A stretch of 32,000 nt of DNA from Candidatus Saccharimonadota bacterium (GCA_003516025.1 CP023991.1:30001-62000); one strand, 5' to 3'; positions 8,850 to 16,169 are shown, counted from the stretch's first letter. Numbers and translations: made by a program. The notes: a model not told the origin generated them from the letters alone.

Positions 8850-10138
8850 TGCAAGCCCTGTTCATACACACCAGACGAATTACAACTATAATTATCAGCC
8901 TGGTAGTCTTTGCCGTGTCAGTGCTTTCCAGTGGCGTAGCACAGGCTCAAGCTGTTAAATGCCCCGCGAATATAAAAGATAACCTCGGCCAGTGCAGTTG
9001 TCCGGTTGGGACGTCCGACATGGATTGTCAGGCTTTGATGGGGCCATGGCCAAACTGGGATCCGTTAAGCAATAATTACGCTAGTTGTGACGCCGCAGCC
9101 GCCACGGCGCTGACAGGCTCCGATAACGCCCAAAAAGTCTACAATTTTTTGATCGGTAAAGGTTTAAAACCATGGATGGCAGCCGGCTTTTTGGGAAATA
9201 TCTGGGAAGAATCAGCTCATGAGTTTGACCCAACGATCGTCCAGGGAGGCGGCCACGCCGATAACATCACCGTAGACGGAGTTACCGGTTACGGTATCAT
9301 TCAGTGGACATCGAAAGGACGCCAACAGGGCCTGGCTGACCTTGCTAAAGAGCGAGGGGTAAAATCAGGTGATCTTGGCGTGCAGTTGGAATACATTTGG
9401 CAGGAACTCAATACCGGCTATACGACATCTACTCTAAACCCATTACTCGCCAGCACTAATGTTACTGATGCCACGCATATCATCGAGCTGCATTACGAAA
9501 TCCACGCGGCTCCACCCATTCACCCGATTCGCACCGAAAAAGCCATTGGCTACTTAGCCTTGTACGGATCGGGCGCCGGTGACGCTTCGGCAACCGTACC
9601 AGCCACCGCCGTTGCCAGCGGATGTGGTGCCGCGGCTGGAGCTCTCGGTGGCGCGGTTGACGGTTTTATATTCCCACTCGTCACTACTCAGGGCGCCATT
9701 AAAGGCAATAAGCCGTACCCTTGGTGCTCTACCGCGATGGCTAACTGCCACCACGATTACAATGCCGCCGACATCATGACAGCCGAGGGCACACAAGTTG
9801 TCGCCGCCTATCCAGGCACGGTTGTCATGACCGAGAACATTGCCGGAAAAAATGCCGATGTCGCTATTATGGGTGACGATAAAAATGTTTATTTCTATCA
9901 ACATATGGCGCCAGGGAGTCTCCAGGTTCAAAAAGGAGCTAAAGTTACCGCTGGAACACCACTTGGCAAAGTAGGTAACCGGGCGGCGGCTTTCGGCACC
10001 GATCCTCATCTGCATTTCGACATGCTACCGCCGCCAAACACCAACCGCATGGGATGCGCCTCGGCGGCTTGCTCAAAATACCCGTTCATCAACGTACAAC
10101 CGATTTTAGTTAAAGCATTCCAGGCATTGCCACAATAA
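8849..10138 (+). CDS. secreted bifunctional cell-wall hydrolase: lysozyme-like (phage-tail-lysozyme type) domain + M23 metallopeptidase domain
   Basis: I prefer the start at 8849 (TAATG overlap with the upstream stop), which gives the signal peptide MQALFIHTRRITTIIISLVVFAVSVLSSGVAQAQA. AAGFLGNIWEES...GYGIIQWTSKGRQ...LEYIWQEL is the lysozyme-like motif set (EES at 9206-9214). The C-terminus VVAAYPGTVV...GTPLGKVGN...TDPHLHFDM is the M23 signature (HLH at 10007-10015). Confidence 0.8.
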   Translation: MQALFIHTRRITTIIISLVVFAVSVLSSGVAQAQAVKCPANIKDNLGQCSCPVGTSDMDCQALMGPWPNWDPLSNNYASCDAAAATALTGSDNAQKVYNFLIGKGLKPWMAAGFLGNIWEESAHEFDPTIVQGGGHADNITVDGVTGYGIIQWTSKGRQQGLADLAKERGVKSGDLGVQLEYIWQELNTGYTTSTLNPLLASTNVTDATHIIELHYEIHAAPPIHPIRTEKAIGYLALYGSGAGDASATVPATAVASGCGAAAGALGGAVDGFIFPLVTTQGAIKGNKPYPWCSTAMANCHHDYNAADIMTAEGTQVVAAYPGTVVMTENIAGKNADVAIMGDDKNVYFYQHMAPGSLQVQKGAKVTAGTPLGKVGNRAAAFGTDPHLHFDMLPPPNTNRMGCASAACSKYPFINVQPILVKAFQALPQ

Positions 10139-10146
10139 GGCCTTTT

Positions 10147-11679
10147 ATGAAAGGGGACGGAAACAATATGAGACAAAAGGTAATAGCAGGCATCAGCCTG
10201 ATCGCGATTGTCAGTGTTTTAGCCTGGGTGGCGACACATGGAAAACTGCACGTTACCGTAGCCGGCGGTAACGGCGACGGCACCTATCATTACCAGTTTA
10301 ATGACAACGAAGCCGAGCCAGTGCTTGATAAAACCACCGGTGTTTCAGTCAGCAAGCTCGTCTCACGTGGCACATATGAGGTGGTCGTTACCGGCAATGG
10401 CGGCAGTTACGTGGGAACAACTCAGACCAAAGGTTTCTTAGGCACTCAGGACGTCCAGGCAGCAATGGAAGCCGAGAACGAACGCAGCTTCGTAGGATCA
10501 AACCCCGATAGCTGTATGTTCTATACCGATCGTCTCATATCGGGGCCATGCGGCGGCGCGCTCAGCGACCTCAAAATCCATCAGCCAGCATCCTCGGCGC
10601 AACCATCTTACGTTGAAAACCTGGCGGTTGATAACTACAACAGCTCATCGACTACTACGCAAATCGTGGAAACCTCAGGCAAACTGCTCGGTCTTACCGC
10701 CCAATCGCAAGAAGACGCCAGTGGCCCGGCAGGTTATTACTTATTTACGTTTAATCCGAATTTTTCAGTAGCAAAGCGTCAACTACTGACTAATCTGTCG
10801 ATATCTGACGCCTATTTTGCCCGGCCCTATAAAGACGGCATGATGCTCTATGACAGTACTATGCGCGCCTGGTACGTTTCGGATGCCTCAGAGGAGGCCC
10901 AAGACCTCCATATCGACTCACCCAAGGATGACAAACTCAAAGTTGGCCTAGTGACGACTGCCGGCGACACCATTACTGCCGTCTATACCGACCAGTCTAC
11001 CGGTATCGACACCGAAGGAGCGTCAGCAGAAGCGTCAAAAGGCAAAAGTGAAGTCGTAGTATTCAAAAACAACAAGAACACTCATTTCATCTTTGACTCA
11101 GTTGTTGTAACTGCGCAGGTATGCGGCACCGACAAGCTATGCGTCGTATCCGACATCGGGCTCAAGGTATACGACATTAGTTCCGGCGAACTGAAACACC
11201 TTTATACGTTATCGGGAGTCGAAGACTTTTTTGAAATAAATAATAGGGTTTTGGCAGTCACCGAACAGGGTATCATGACGTATGACGCCGATAAGCAACA
11301 GGGTTATTTTAGCTACCTGTTCGACAAATACCAGTACTGCGGTTTAAGCATTGCCAGTAACGGCTACCTGTTATGCGTTACCGACCCCAAGGGCCAGCGG
11401 CAGGCCCTGTACGTTAATCCAGACAGTAAAGATGCCACGGCTATAGACAAAAAGGTGGCTGGCTTATTCGCGACAACCGGCATATCCAACCTCTCGATAT
11501 ATGGTAATTACCTGTACATCACCCCGAATTATGGCGAAGGCACCTATGACTGGAGTACCCGGACGCAAAGTTACGACCCGGCCAAGAAAGCAGCCACTGA
11601 CACCGCCATTGCCCAGGCAGTCGCTAAAGCAGGCATCGACACTGCGCGGTACCAAGTCATCAACATCGGCCAACAATAA
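10147..11679 (+). CDS. membrane-anchored hypothetical protein, beta-rich ectodomain
   Basis: An N-terminal TM/signal anchor (VIAGISLIAIVSVLAWVATHG) is followed by an Ig-like-looking segment and repeated beta-strand-like motifs (LKVYDISSGELKHLY, IMTYDADKQQGYFSY, ALYVNPD). The alternative start at 10168 has a better SD (AGGGGA at 10151-10156). No family recognised. Confidence 0.6.
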   Translation: MKGDGNNMRQKVIAGISLIAIVSVLAWVATHGKLHVTVAGGNGDGTYHYQFNDNEAEPVLDKTTGVSVSKLVSRGTYEVVVTGNGGSYVGTTQTKGFLGTQDVQAAMEAENERSFVGSNPDSCMFYTDRLISGPCGGALSDLKIHQPASSAQPSYVENLAVDNYNSSSTTTQIVETSGKLLGLTAQSQEDASGPAGYYLFTFNPNFSVAKRQLLTNLSISDAYFARPYKDGMMLYDSTMRAWYVSDASEEAQDLHIDSPKDDKLKVGLVTTAGDTITAVYTDQSTGIDTEGASAEASKGKSEVVVFKNNKNTHFIFDSVVVTAQVCGTDKLCVVSDIGLKVYDISSGELKHLYTLSGVEDFFEINNRVLAVTEQGIMTYDADKQQGYFSYLFDKYQYCGLSIASNGYLLCVTDPKGQRQALYVNPDSKDATAIDKKVAGLFATTGISNLSIYGNYLYITPNYGEGTYDWSTRTQSYDPAKKAATDTAIAQAVAKAGIDTARYQVINIGQQ

Positions 11680-11680
11680 C

Positions 11681-12742
11681 CTACAGCGGAATAATATGGC
11701 TCTTGTCCATAAAATGATGAACAACCACATCGGCATCGGTAGTAGTTATAAATGTCTGGTAGTCCTGCAGATAATTAGTCAGGGCCTGACGACGCGCGCC
11801 GTCAAGTTCACTAAAAACATCATCTAGTAGGAGTAGGGGAGCAGTCCCACGGGCCTGCTGGACGAGTTGTAGTTCCATGACTTTTAACATCAGTACGGCC
11901 GTCCGGGTTTCACCGCGCGAAGCCGAAGTCTGGGCCAGTCGTCCATTAATAAGCACCCGCAGGTCTTCGCGGTGTGGGCCATTTCCCGTAAAACCGCGGG
12001 CCACGTCTAGGTCAATGGTAGCTTCCAGTAAACGAAGCAGGCCAGACTCATAACTATCCGTAGGCAATTTGGTTTCGTACTGCAGCTCTACAGTCTGCTT
12101 ATGCTGTTCATTCTTATGCGCCAGGCTGCCGTAGAGGCCGCTAGCCTGGACATTCATACCATTAAGCAACTCCAGGCGTGCCCGGGCGATGCGGCCGCCC
12201 AATTCGCTTAATCGAATGTTCCATGGAAAAATTTGTCCCGCGGCAGCCGGGCCCAGTTTTTTAAGCAGGGCATTCCGCTGCGCCAGTACTCGCCGGTAAT
12301 CTTTACGGAGAGTGCTGTAGCCGGGCTGGATCTGCTCAAGCAGCCCATCAAGATAACTGCGGCGCAGTTCCGGAGCACCCGAGAACATAAACAGGTGGTT
12401 TGGTTCAAATACGACAGTCGGGATGGATTTTTGCATACTGAGCCGGCGGTACAGCTTACCCTCGATTTCGTATGTTTTTGCCGGGCGTGGTTCGGTAACA
12501 ATCTTAACCGTTCGTAGCCCCGTGTCATCACGGGCGTCAAGCCGTGCCCATGGCTGGTCGTAGGCTAGCAGTTCACTATCGCTCACGCGGTACGAACTGC
12601 CTTGAGCAACCACCAGTATAGACTCCAAGAGATTTGTCTTACCACTGGCATTGGGGCCAACAATGATATTTACCCCTGGTGTAAACTCAAAAGCTTCGTC
12701 AGCATACGACCGGAAGTGCTGCAGGCGGATATCGTAGATCAT
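11681..12742 (-). CDS. recF: DNA replication and repair protein RecF
   Basis: MIYDIRLQHFRSYADEAFEFTPGVNIIVGPNASGKTNLLESI carries the RecF N-terminus and Walker A, and LLLLDDVFSELD is the Walker B/signature region. It sits in the canonical position after dnaN. Confidence 0.95.
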   Translation of the reverse strand: MIYDIRLQHFRSYADEAFEFTPGVNIIVGPNASGKTNLLESILVVAQGSSYRVSDSELLAYDQPWARLDARDDTGLRTVKIVTEPRPAKTYEIEGKLYRRLSMQKSIPTVVFEPNHLFMFSGAPELRRSYLDGLLEQIQPGYSTLRKDYRRVLAQRNALLKKLGPAAAGQIFPWNIRLSELGGRIARARLELLNGMNVQASGLYGSLAHKNEQHKQTVELQYETKLPTDSYESGLLRLLEATIDLDVARGFTGNGPHREDLRVLINGRLAQTSASRGETRTAVLMLKVMELQLVQQARGTAPLLLLDDVFSELDGARRQALTNYLQDYQTFITTTDADVVVHHFMDKSHIIPL

Positions 12743-12763
12743 TAAGAACTATTATACGGAGAT

Positions 12764-13861
12764 TTAACTCTTTAGCGGCATGATGATATGCGCGTAGTCA
12801 TCATTATTCGGATCTTTTAGTAAAGTCGGTTCAAGCTTGCCATTAAAGCTAAACGTTACTTCATCACCCGAAAAGGCGTGCAGGGCATCAAGCAGGTAGC
12901 GCGAGTTAAGCGTAATGGAACCGCTACCGGCAATCGTTCCGCTGGCGCTGGCCGTGTTTTCACCAAGCTGCGAAGCAACCGAGCGGATACTTAGCTCACC
13001 AGAGGTCTCATCGACGTTAATCGTGATACTGCCGGCGCTTTCGCGGGCGAACAGGCTGGATACCTTGGTGACGTTTACCAGATCTGCCCGCTTTAAGCGG
13101 GCCTCGACGGCGAATGAAGTGGGGATGAGTTTCCGGTAATCCGGATACTTGCCGTCAATCAGACGAGCCACCAGATCAACGTCATTTGCCTGGAACAGTA
13201 TCTGCTGATCGTCATGCGTGACGCTCATAATCTCATCATAATCACCAATAATACGTAACAGGTCCTGAATAGCGGTTGCGGGGATTAGCAGGCGAACGTC
13301 CTGGTCGTTCTTGCTGAGGTTTTTCTCGGCCAGCCGGTAACTGTCAGTAGCCGCGGCATACAGCCTGCCTTCGCTTACCTGTAGTAATACCCCGGTAAGT
13401 ACCGGCCGGGATTCGTCACTGGAGGCAGCCATAATAACTTGCTGGAGACCTTTCTTAAGCGTGGCGGCATTTATCGTCCAGGTATTACCATTACTTATCT
13501 CCGGCATAACGGGGAAGTCGTCGGCAAGCACACCGTTAACCACAGACTGGTATTTATCTGTGGATATATGCAGCTTATTGTCATCGAGCTTCAGGTCAAT
13601 CACGCCGCTCGGCAAACTGGAGATAAAATCCTGCATGAGGCGGGCTGGAACCGTAATGGCACCTTCCTCGACAACTTTGGCTCCAATATGTTGACTGATG
13701 GCAATATCGAGATTAGTGGCTGATATCGTTAATCGGTTACCGACTGTTTTAACCAATACGTTCGCCAGTATCGGCAAAGTATTCCGTGCACTCGCCACCC
13801 GTGCAACTATTCCAAGAGCTTTGTTGAGGTTTTCCTGTGTGACCTGTAACTGCATATTCAC
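12764..13861 (-). CDS. dnaN: DNA polymerase III beta sliding clamp
   Basis: The N-terminus LQVTQENLNKALGIVARVASARNTLPILANVLVKT is typical of DnaN. At 365 aa it sits immediately downstream of dnaA/oriC. Confidence 0.95.
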   Translation of the reverse strand: MNMQLQVTQENLNKALGIVARVASARNTLPILANVLVKTVGNRLTISATNLDIAISQHIGAKVVEEGAITVPARLMQDFISSLPSGVIDLKLDDNKLHISTDKYQSVVNGVLADDFPVMPEISNGNTWTINAATLKKGLQQVIMAASSDESRPVLTGVLLQVSEGRLYAAATDSYRLAEKNLSKNDQDVRLLIPATAIQDLLRIIGDYDEIMSVTHDDQQILFQANDVDLVARLIDGKYPDYRKLIPTSFAVEARLKRADLVNVTKVSSLFARESAGSITINVDETSGELSIRSVASQLGENTASASGTIAGSGSITLNSRYLLDALHAFSGDEVTFSFNGKLEPTLLKDPNNDDYAHIIMPLKS

Positions 13862-13880
13862 ATGCTCCTTACTTTCTTCT

Positions 13881-14132
13881 TTATATATTATTAGTAGTAG
13901 TTATAGGGGGTGTGGAAAAGGTGGATAAGTAGCGTGCTACATCTGTTATATGGCGGAAAATGGCAGAGGAAAACTTACGGACAGTTGTGGTTAAAATCTG
14001 TGGTTTCACACAGGGGGTATAGTGGACAGCTCCAGCGACCTGTGGGGAGTGGGGAAAACCATGCCGACTTATACGTAGGCCTTGCCACCAGGTGTACACG
14101 AGTTTTCCACAGTTTTTGTCTATCAGTCCACA
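13881..14132. other. chromosomal replication origin (oriC), dnaA-dnaN intergenic module
   Basis: The AT-rich run at 13881-13906 contains phased TAT TAT TAG TAG TAG TTA TAG (13886-13906), followed by GGGG (13907-13910). Tandem boxes TGTGGAAAA (13911-13919) and GGTGGATAA (13920-13928) come next. Further DnaA-box-like 9-mers are TGTGGTTAA 13986-13994, TGTGGTTTC 13999-14007, AGTGGACAG 14021-14029 and TGTGGGGAG 14041-14049. On the opposite strand are TTTTCCACA 14103-14111 and CAGTCCACA 14124-14132. Confidence 0.8.
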
Positions 14133-14160
14133 GAATAGATCAGATAGCTTACCTAATAGA

Positions 14161-15576
14161 CTATGCATAGAGCAACTCCTTGATGTTGTTGACTGCATCG
14201 CGGATATCAGTATCAAGGTGAATCTCTTTCTCGATCTTCTCGACTGAGTGGATAGCTGTGGTGTGATCTTTGCGGCCAAGTTCCCGGGCAATTTTTGGAA
14301 AACTAAGGTGTAGTTCACTGCGCAAGATGTACATAGCCACTTGGCGGGGAACCACGATGTCCCTATCACGCTTACTGCCGAGAATTTCTTCGACACTAAC
14401 CTGGAAATGCCGGGCGGTCCGTTCGATGATTTGTTTGGCACTAATATGTTTCGGCCTGGTTTTTGCAGAGCCGAGCAGCCCGCTAATGATCGCCAAGTTG
14501 GGCTCCAAGGCTCGCATCTCACAAAAGGCCAGCAGCTGGTTAAGGGCGCCCTCCAGTTCACGAATGTTGGTGGTTACGTTGTTGGCTAGGTATTCTACGA
14601 CGTCCCGCGGCAGTTCGACGGCATGGGTATCTGCCTTTGTTTGGATAATGGCGCAGCGGGTTTCAAAGTCCGGAATTTGCATGTCGATACTCATACCCCA
14701 GACAAAGCGGCTGCGCAGACGCTCTTCGAGCGTTGGAATCTCTTTTGGCGGCTTATCGCTGGAAATAATAATTTGCTTTTGGGCCTGATGCAAGGTGTTG
14801 AAAGTATGGAAGAACTCTTCCTGCACCTTTTCTTTACCGGCGATAAACTGGATGTCGTCTACGATCAGTACGTCAGCCCCCCGGTAAAAGTTCGCGAAGT
14901 CAGTATTCTTCTTGTACCGCAGGGCGTCAACGAATTCCTGGAGGAACTGCTCGCTGGTGGCGTAAACTACCCGGGCGTCTTTTTTACTGGCCAGTACAGC
15001 ATTGCCAACGGCCTGCATGAGGTGGGTCTTGCCGATGCCGACGCCACCGTATAAAAACAGCGGATTGTACTTAGTACCTGGGTTGGTAGCGATAGCCTGG
15101 CAGGCGGCGTAGGCCAGTTCATTACCGGAGCCGACAATGAAGTTTTCGAAGGTGTAACGGTCATTGATGCCCTGCCGGTAGGTGTGTGACACGCCGCCGG
15201 AAACACCTGCCGGCGAATGGGGGCGGCTGCTACTTGAGACGGCAGGGGAGGGGACGAACTGCTCTTGTCTTGACTGTGCCTGCGTGTTTTCAAGGCTAAC
15301 CGCATCATTCGCCGGCCGGCGGGCAGCAACAGTGTGGATCTTATACTCAATGCGCTCGGGGTTGAGACCGTTTTTACGGAGCGTATCAGCGATCAGGTCG
15401 TTATACTTACGCTCTAATTGTTGTTTAATGAAAACGTTAGGGACACCAATGACCGCGGACTCGTCGTCGTGTTTGAGCAGCTGTGTTTGCTTAAACCACG
15501 TCATAAAGTTACCGCGTGACACCGATAACTCTATTTCGCCCAAAACCGCCTGCCACAAAGTACCGCCCGGTTGCAT
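14161..15576 (-). CDS. dnaA: chromosomal replication initiator protein DnaA
   Basis: The AAA+ core is LFLYGGVGIGKTHLMQAVGN (Walker A) and LIVDDIQF (Walker B). The C-terminal DNA-binding helix region is HTTAIHSVEKI. A Ser/Pro-rich linker separates domains I and III. Confidence 0.97.
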   Translation of the reverse strand: MQPGGTLWQAVLGEIELSVSRGNFMTWFKQTQLLKHDDESAVIGVPNVFIKQQLERKYNDLIADTLRKNGLNPERIEYKIHTVAARRPANDAVSLENTQAQSRQEQFVPSPAVSSSSRPHSPAGVSGGVSHTYRQGINDRYTFENFIVGSGNELAYAACQAIATNPGTKYNPLFLYGGVGIGKTHLMQAVGNAVLASKKDARVVYATSEQFLQEFVDALRYKKNTDFANFYRGADVLIVDDIQFIAGKEKVQEEFFHTFNTLHQAQKQIIISSDKPPKEIPTLEERLRSRFVWGMSIDMQIPDFETRCAIIQTKADTHAVELPRDVVEYLANNVTTNIRELEGALNQLLAFCEMRALEPNLAIISGLLGSAKTRPKHISAKQIIERTARHFQVSVEEILGSKRDRDIVVPRQVAMYILRSELHLSFPKIARELGRKDHTTAIHSVEKIEKEIHLDTDIRDAVNNIKELLYA

Positions 15577-15627
15577 CAGTGCTTATACTCCCTCTCTTGC
15601 TCTCTAGACCATCAACTTACAGTAGTT

Positions 15628-15656
15628 ACTATAATTGCCCATATCGGACTTTTCCA
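15628..15656 (-). promoter_or_regulatory. candidate dnaA promoter whose -35 lies inside a DnaA box
   Basis: On the minus strand TGGAAA (15656-15651) - N17 - TATAGT (15633-15628). The -35 lies within the DnaA box TGTGGAAAA (complement of 15650-15658). GAGGGAG lies 11 nt upstream of the dnaA ATG. Confidence 0.35.
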
Positions 15657-15797
15657 CAAGTATTTTTGTGATTTTACAGGGAAGGGAAGTAGGGGAGGCA
15701 AGAATGTGGCATATTTATGCACAGTTTATAGCTATCTCCGGTAAATATGTGGAAAACCCCGGATAAACTCCTTAAAATGTTTGAAAAAAGTGGACAA
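15650..15797. promoter_or_regulatory. second DnaA-box cluster in the dnaA-rpmH divergent spacer
   Basis: TTTTCCACA 15650-15658, TGTGGAAAA 15748-15756 and AGTGGACAA 15789-15797, plus a weak TGTGGCATA at 15705-15713. Confidence 0.6.
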
Positions 15798-15808
15798 TTT
15801 GTTACAAT
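15781..15808 (+). promoter_or_regulatory. candidate rpmH promoter TTGAAA-N16-TACAAT with a DnaA-box-like 9-mer in the spacer
   Basis: TTGAAA at 15781-15786 and TACAAT at 15803-15808. AGTGGACAA (15789-15797) lies between them. Confidence 0.4.
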
Positions 15809-15910
15809 AATGAGGTTATTTATTGTTAAATTCACTCTACAACGGACTTCTGCCCTCCAGCTTTAAGGAGGAGCAGGGGAGTGAGCATAGAAAAGGGAAT
15901 AGGATTATTC

Positions 15911-16048
15911 ATGCCAAAGCGAACCTACCAACCAAAGAAGCGCCACCGCGCACGCGTGCACGGTTTTATGGCACGTATGGCCAGCAAAGCCGGCCGTAAT
16001 CTGTTGCAGCGCCGCCGCAATAAGGGCCGCGCTAAGCTAAGCGCCTAA
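15911..16048 (+). CDS. rpmH: 50S ribosomal protein L34
   Basis: Hand translation gives [45 protein letters not shown] (45 aa, below the ORF-track cutoff), the near-universal L34 sequence. AGGA lies ~8 nt upstream. It is divergent from dnaA and upstream of rnpA. Confidence 0.95.
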   Translation: MPKRTYQPKKRHRARVHGFMARMASKAGRNLLQRRRNKGRAKLSA

Positions 16049-16063
16049 ATCGCTTTAAGCTGT

Positions 16064-16100
16064 GTTTGAGCTGGGAGCTGCTAAGGTTTCCGGCTCAAAC
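16064..16100 (+). terminator. strong stem-loop between rpmH and rnpA (possible attenuator/terminator; no U-tract)
   Basis: GTTTGAGCTGG (16064-16074) pairs with CCGGCTCAAAC (16090-16100), giving 11 bp with one G-U and a 15-nt loop. The sequence that follows, TATATCTAAACC, is not a canonical T-run. Confidence 0.35.
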
Positions 16101-16127
16101 TATATCTAAACCTCAAAAGTAATAATT

Positions 16128-16141
16128 TGTTCGTATTTTGT
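16128..16141 (+). repeat. 14-nt intergenic repeat TGTTCGTATTTTGT, copy 1
   Basis: Exact match to 18057-18070 on the same strand. Both copies are in non-coding spacers. Confidence 0.6.
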
Positions 16142-16169
16142 TTAGACAGTAGTTGAATAGGGGTATATA
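16141..16169 (+). promoter_or_regulatory. candidate rnpA promoter TTTAGA-N17-TATATA, with the -10 ending 6 nt before the ATG
   Basis: TTTAGA at 16141-16146, TATATA at 16164-16169 and the ATG at 16176, with no SD between them. By eye only. Confidence 0.25.

Noticed and set aside
1-11679. Reading the T4SS block as a standard integrative conjugative element or prophage remnant
   Set aside because: No integrase, relaxase, coupling protein, att repeats or compositional step is visible at the right boundary, and spot GC is similar to the core origin genes. This cannot be fully excluded, because the left part of the locus lies outside the window.
13881-14561. 226-aa minus-strand ORF and the 13910-14170 plus-strand ORF spanning the dnaA-dnaN spacer
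   Set aside because: They run through the DnaA-box/AT-rich origin region and into the dnaA coding sequence out of frame. They have low-complexity, Cys/Trp/Arg-rich translations and no start context, so they are spurious.
14270-15607. Antisense or off-frame ORFs inside dnaA (14270-14788+, 14623-15054+, 14967-15350-, 15182-15607+). Similar shadow ORFs lie inside the T4SS genes, yidC (16524-16799-, 17321-17746-) and elsewhere.
   Set aside because: All are fully nested in confidently identified genes. Their Arg/Ser/Pro/Cys-rich composition is typical of out-of-frame reading of GC-rich coding DNA.
15704-15766. 20-codon mini-ORF (MWHIYAQFIAISGKYVENPG) in the dnaA-rpmH spacer
   Set aside because: It has no SD and overlaps DnaA-box-like sequences and promoter candidates. 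There is no basis to call it a gene without conservation or ribosome-profiling data.
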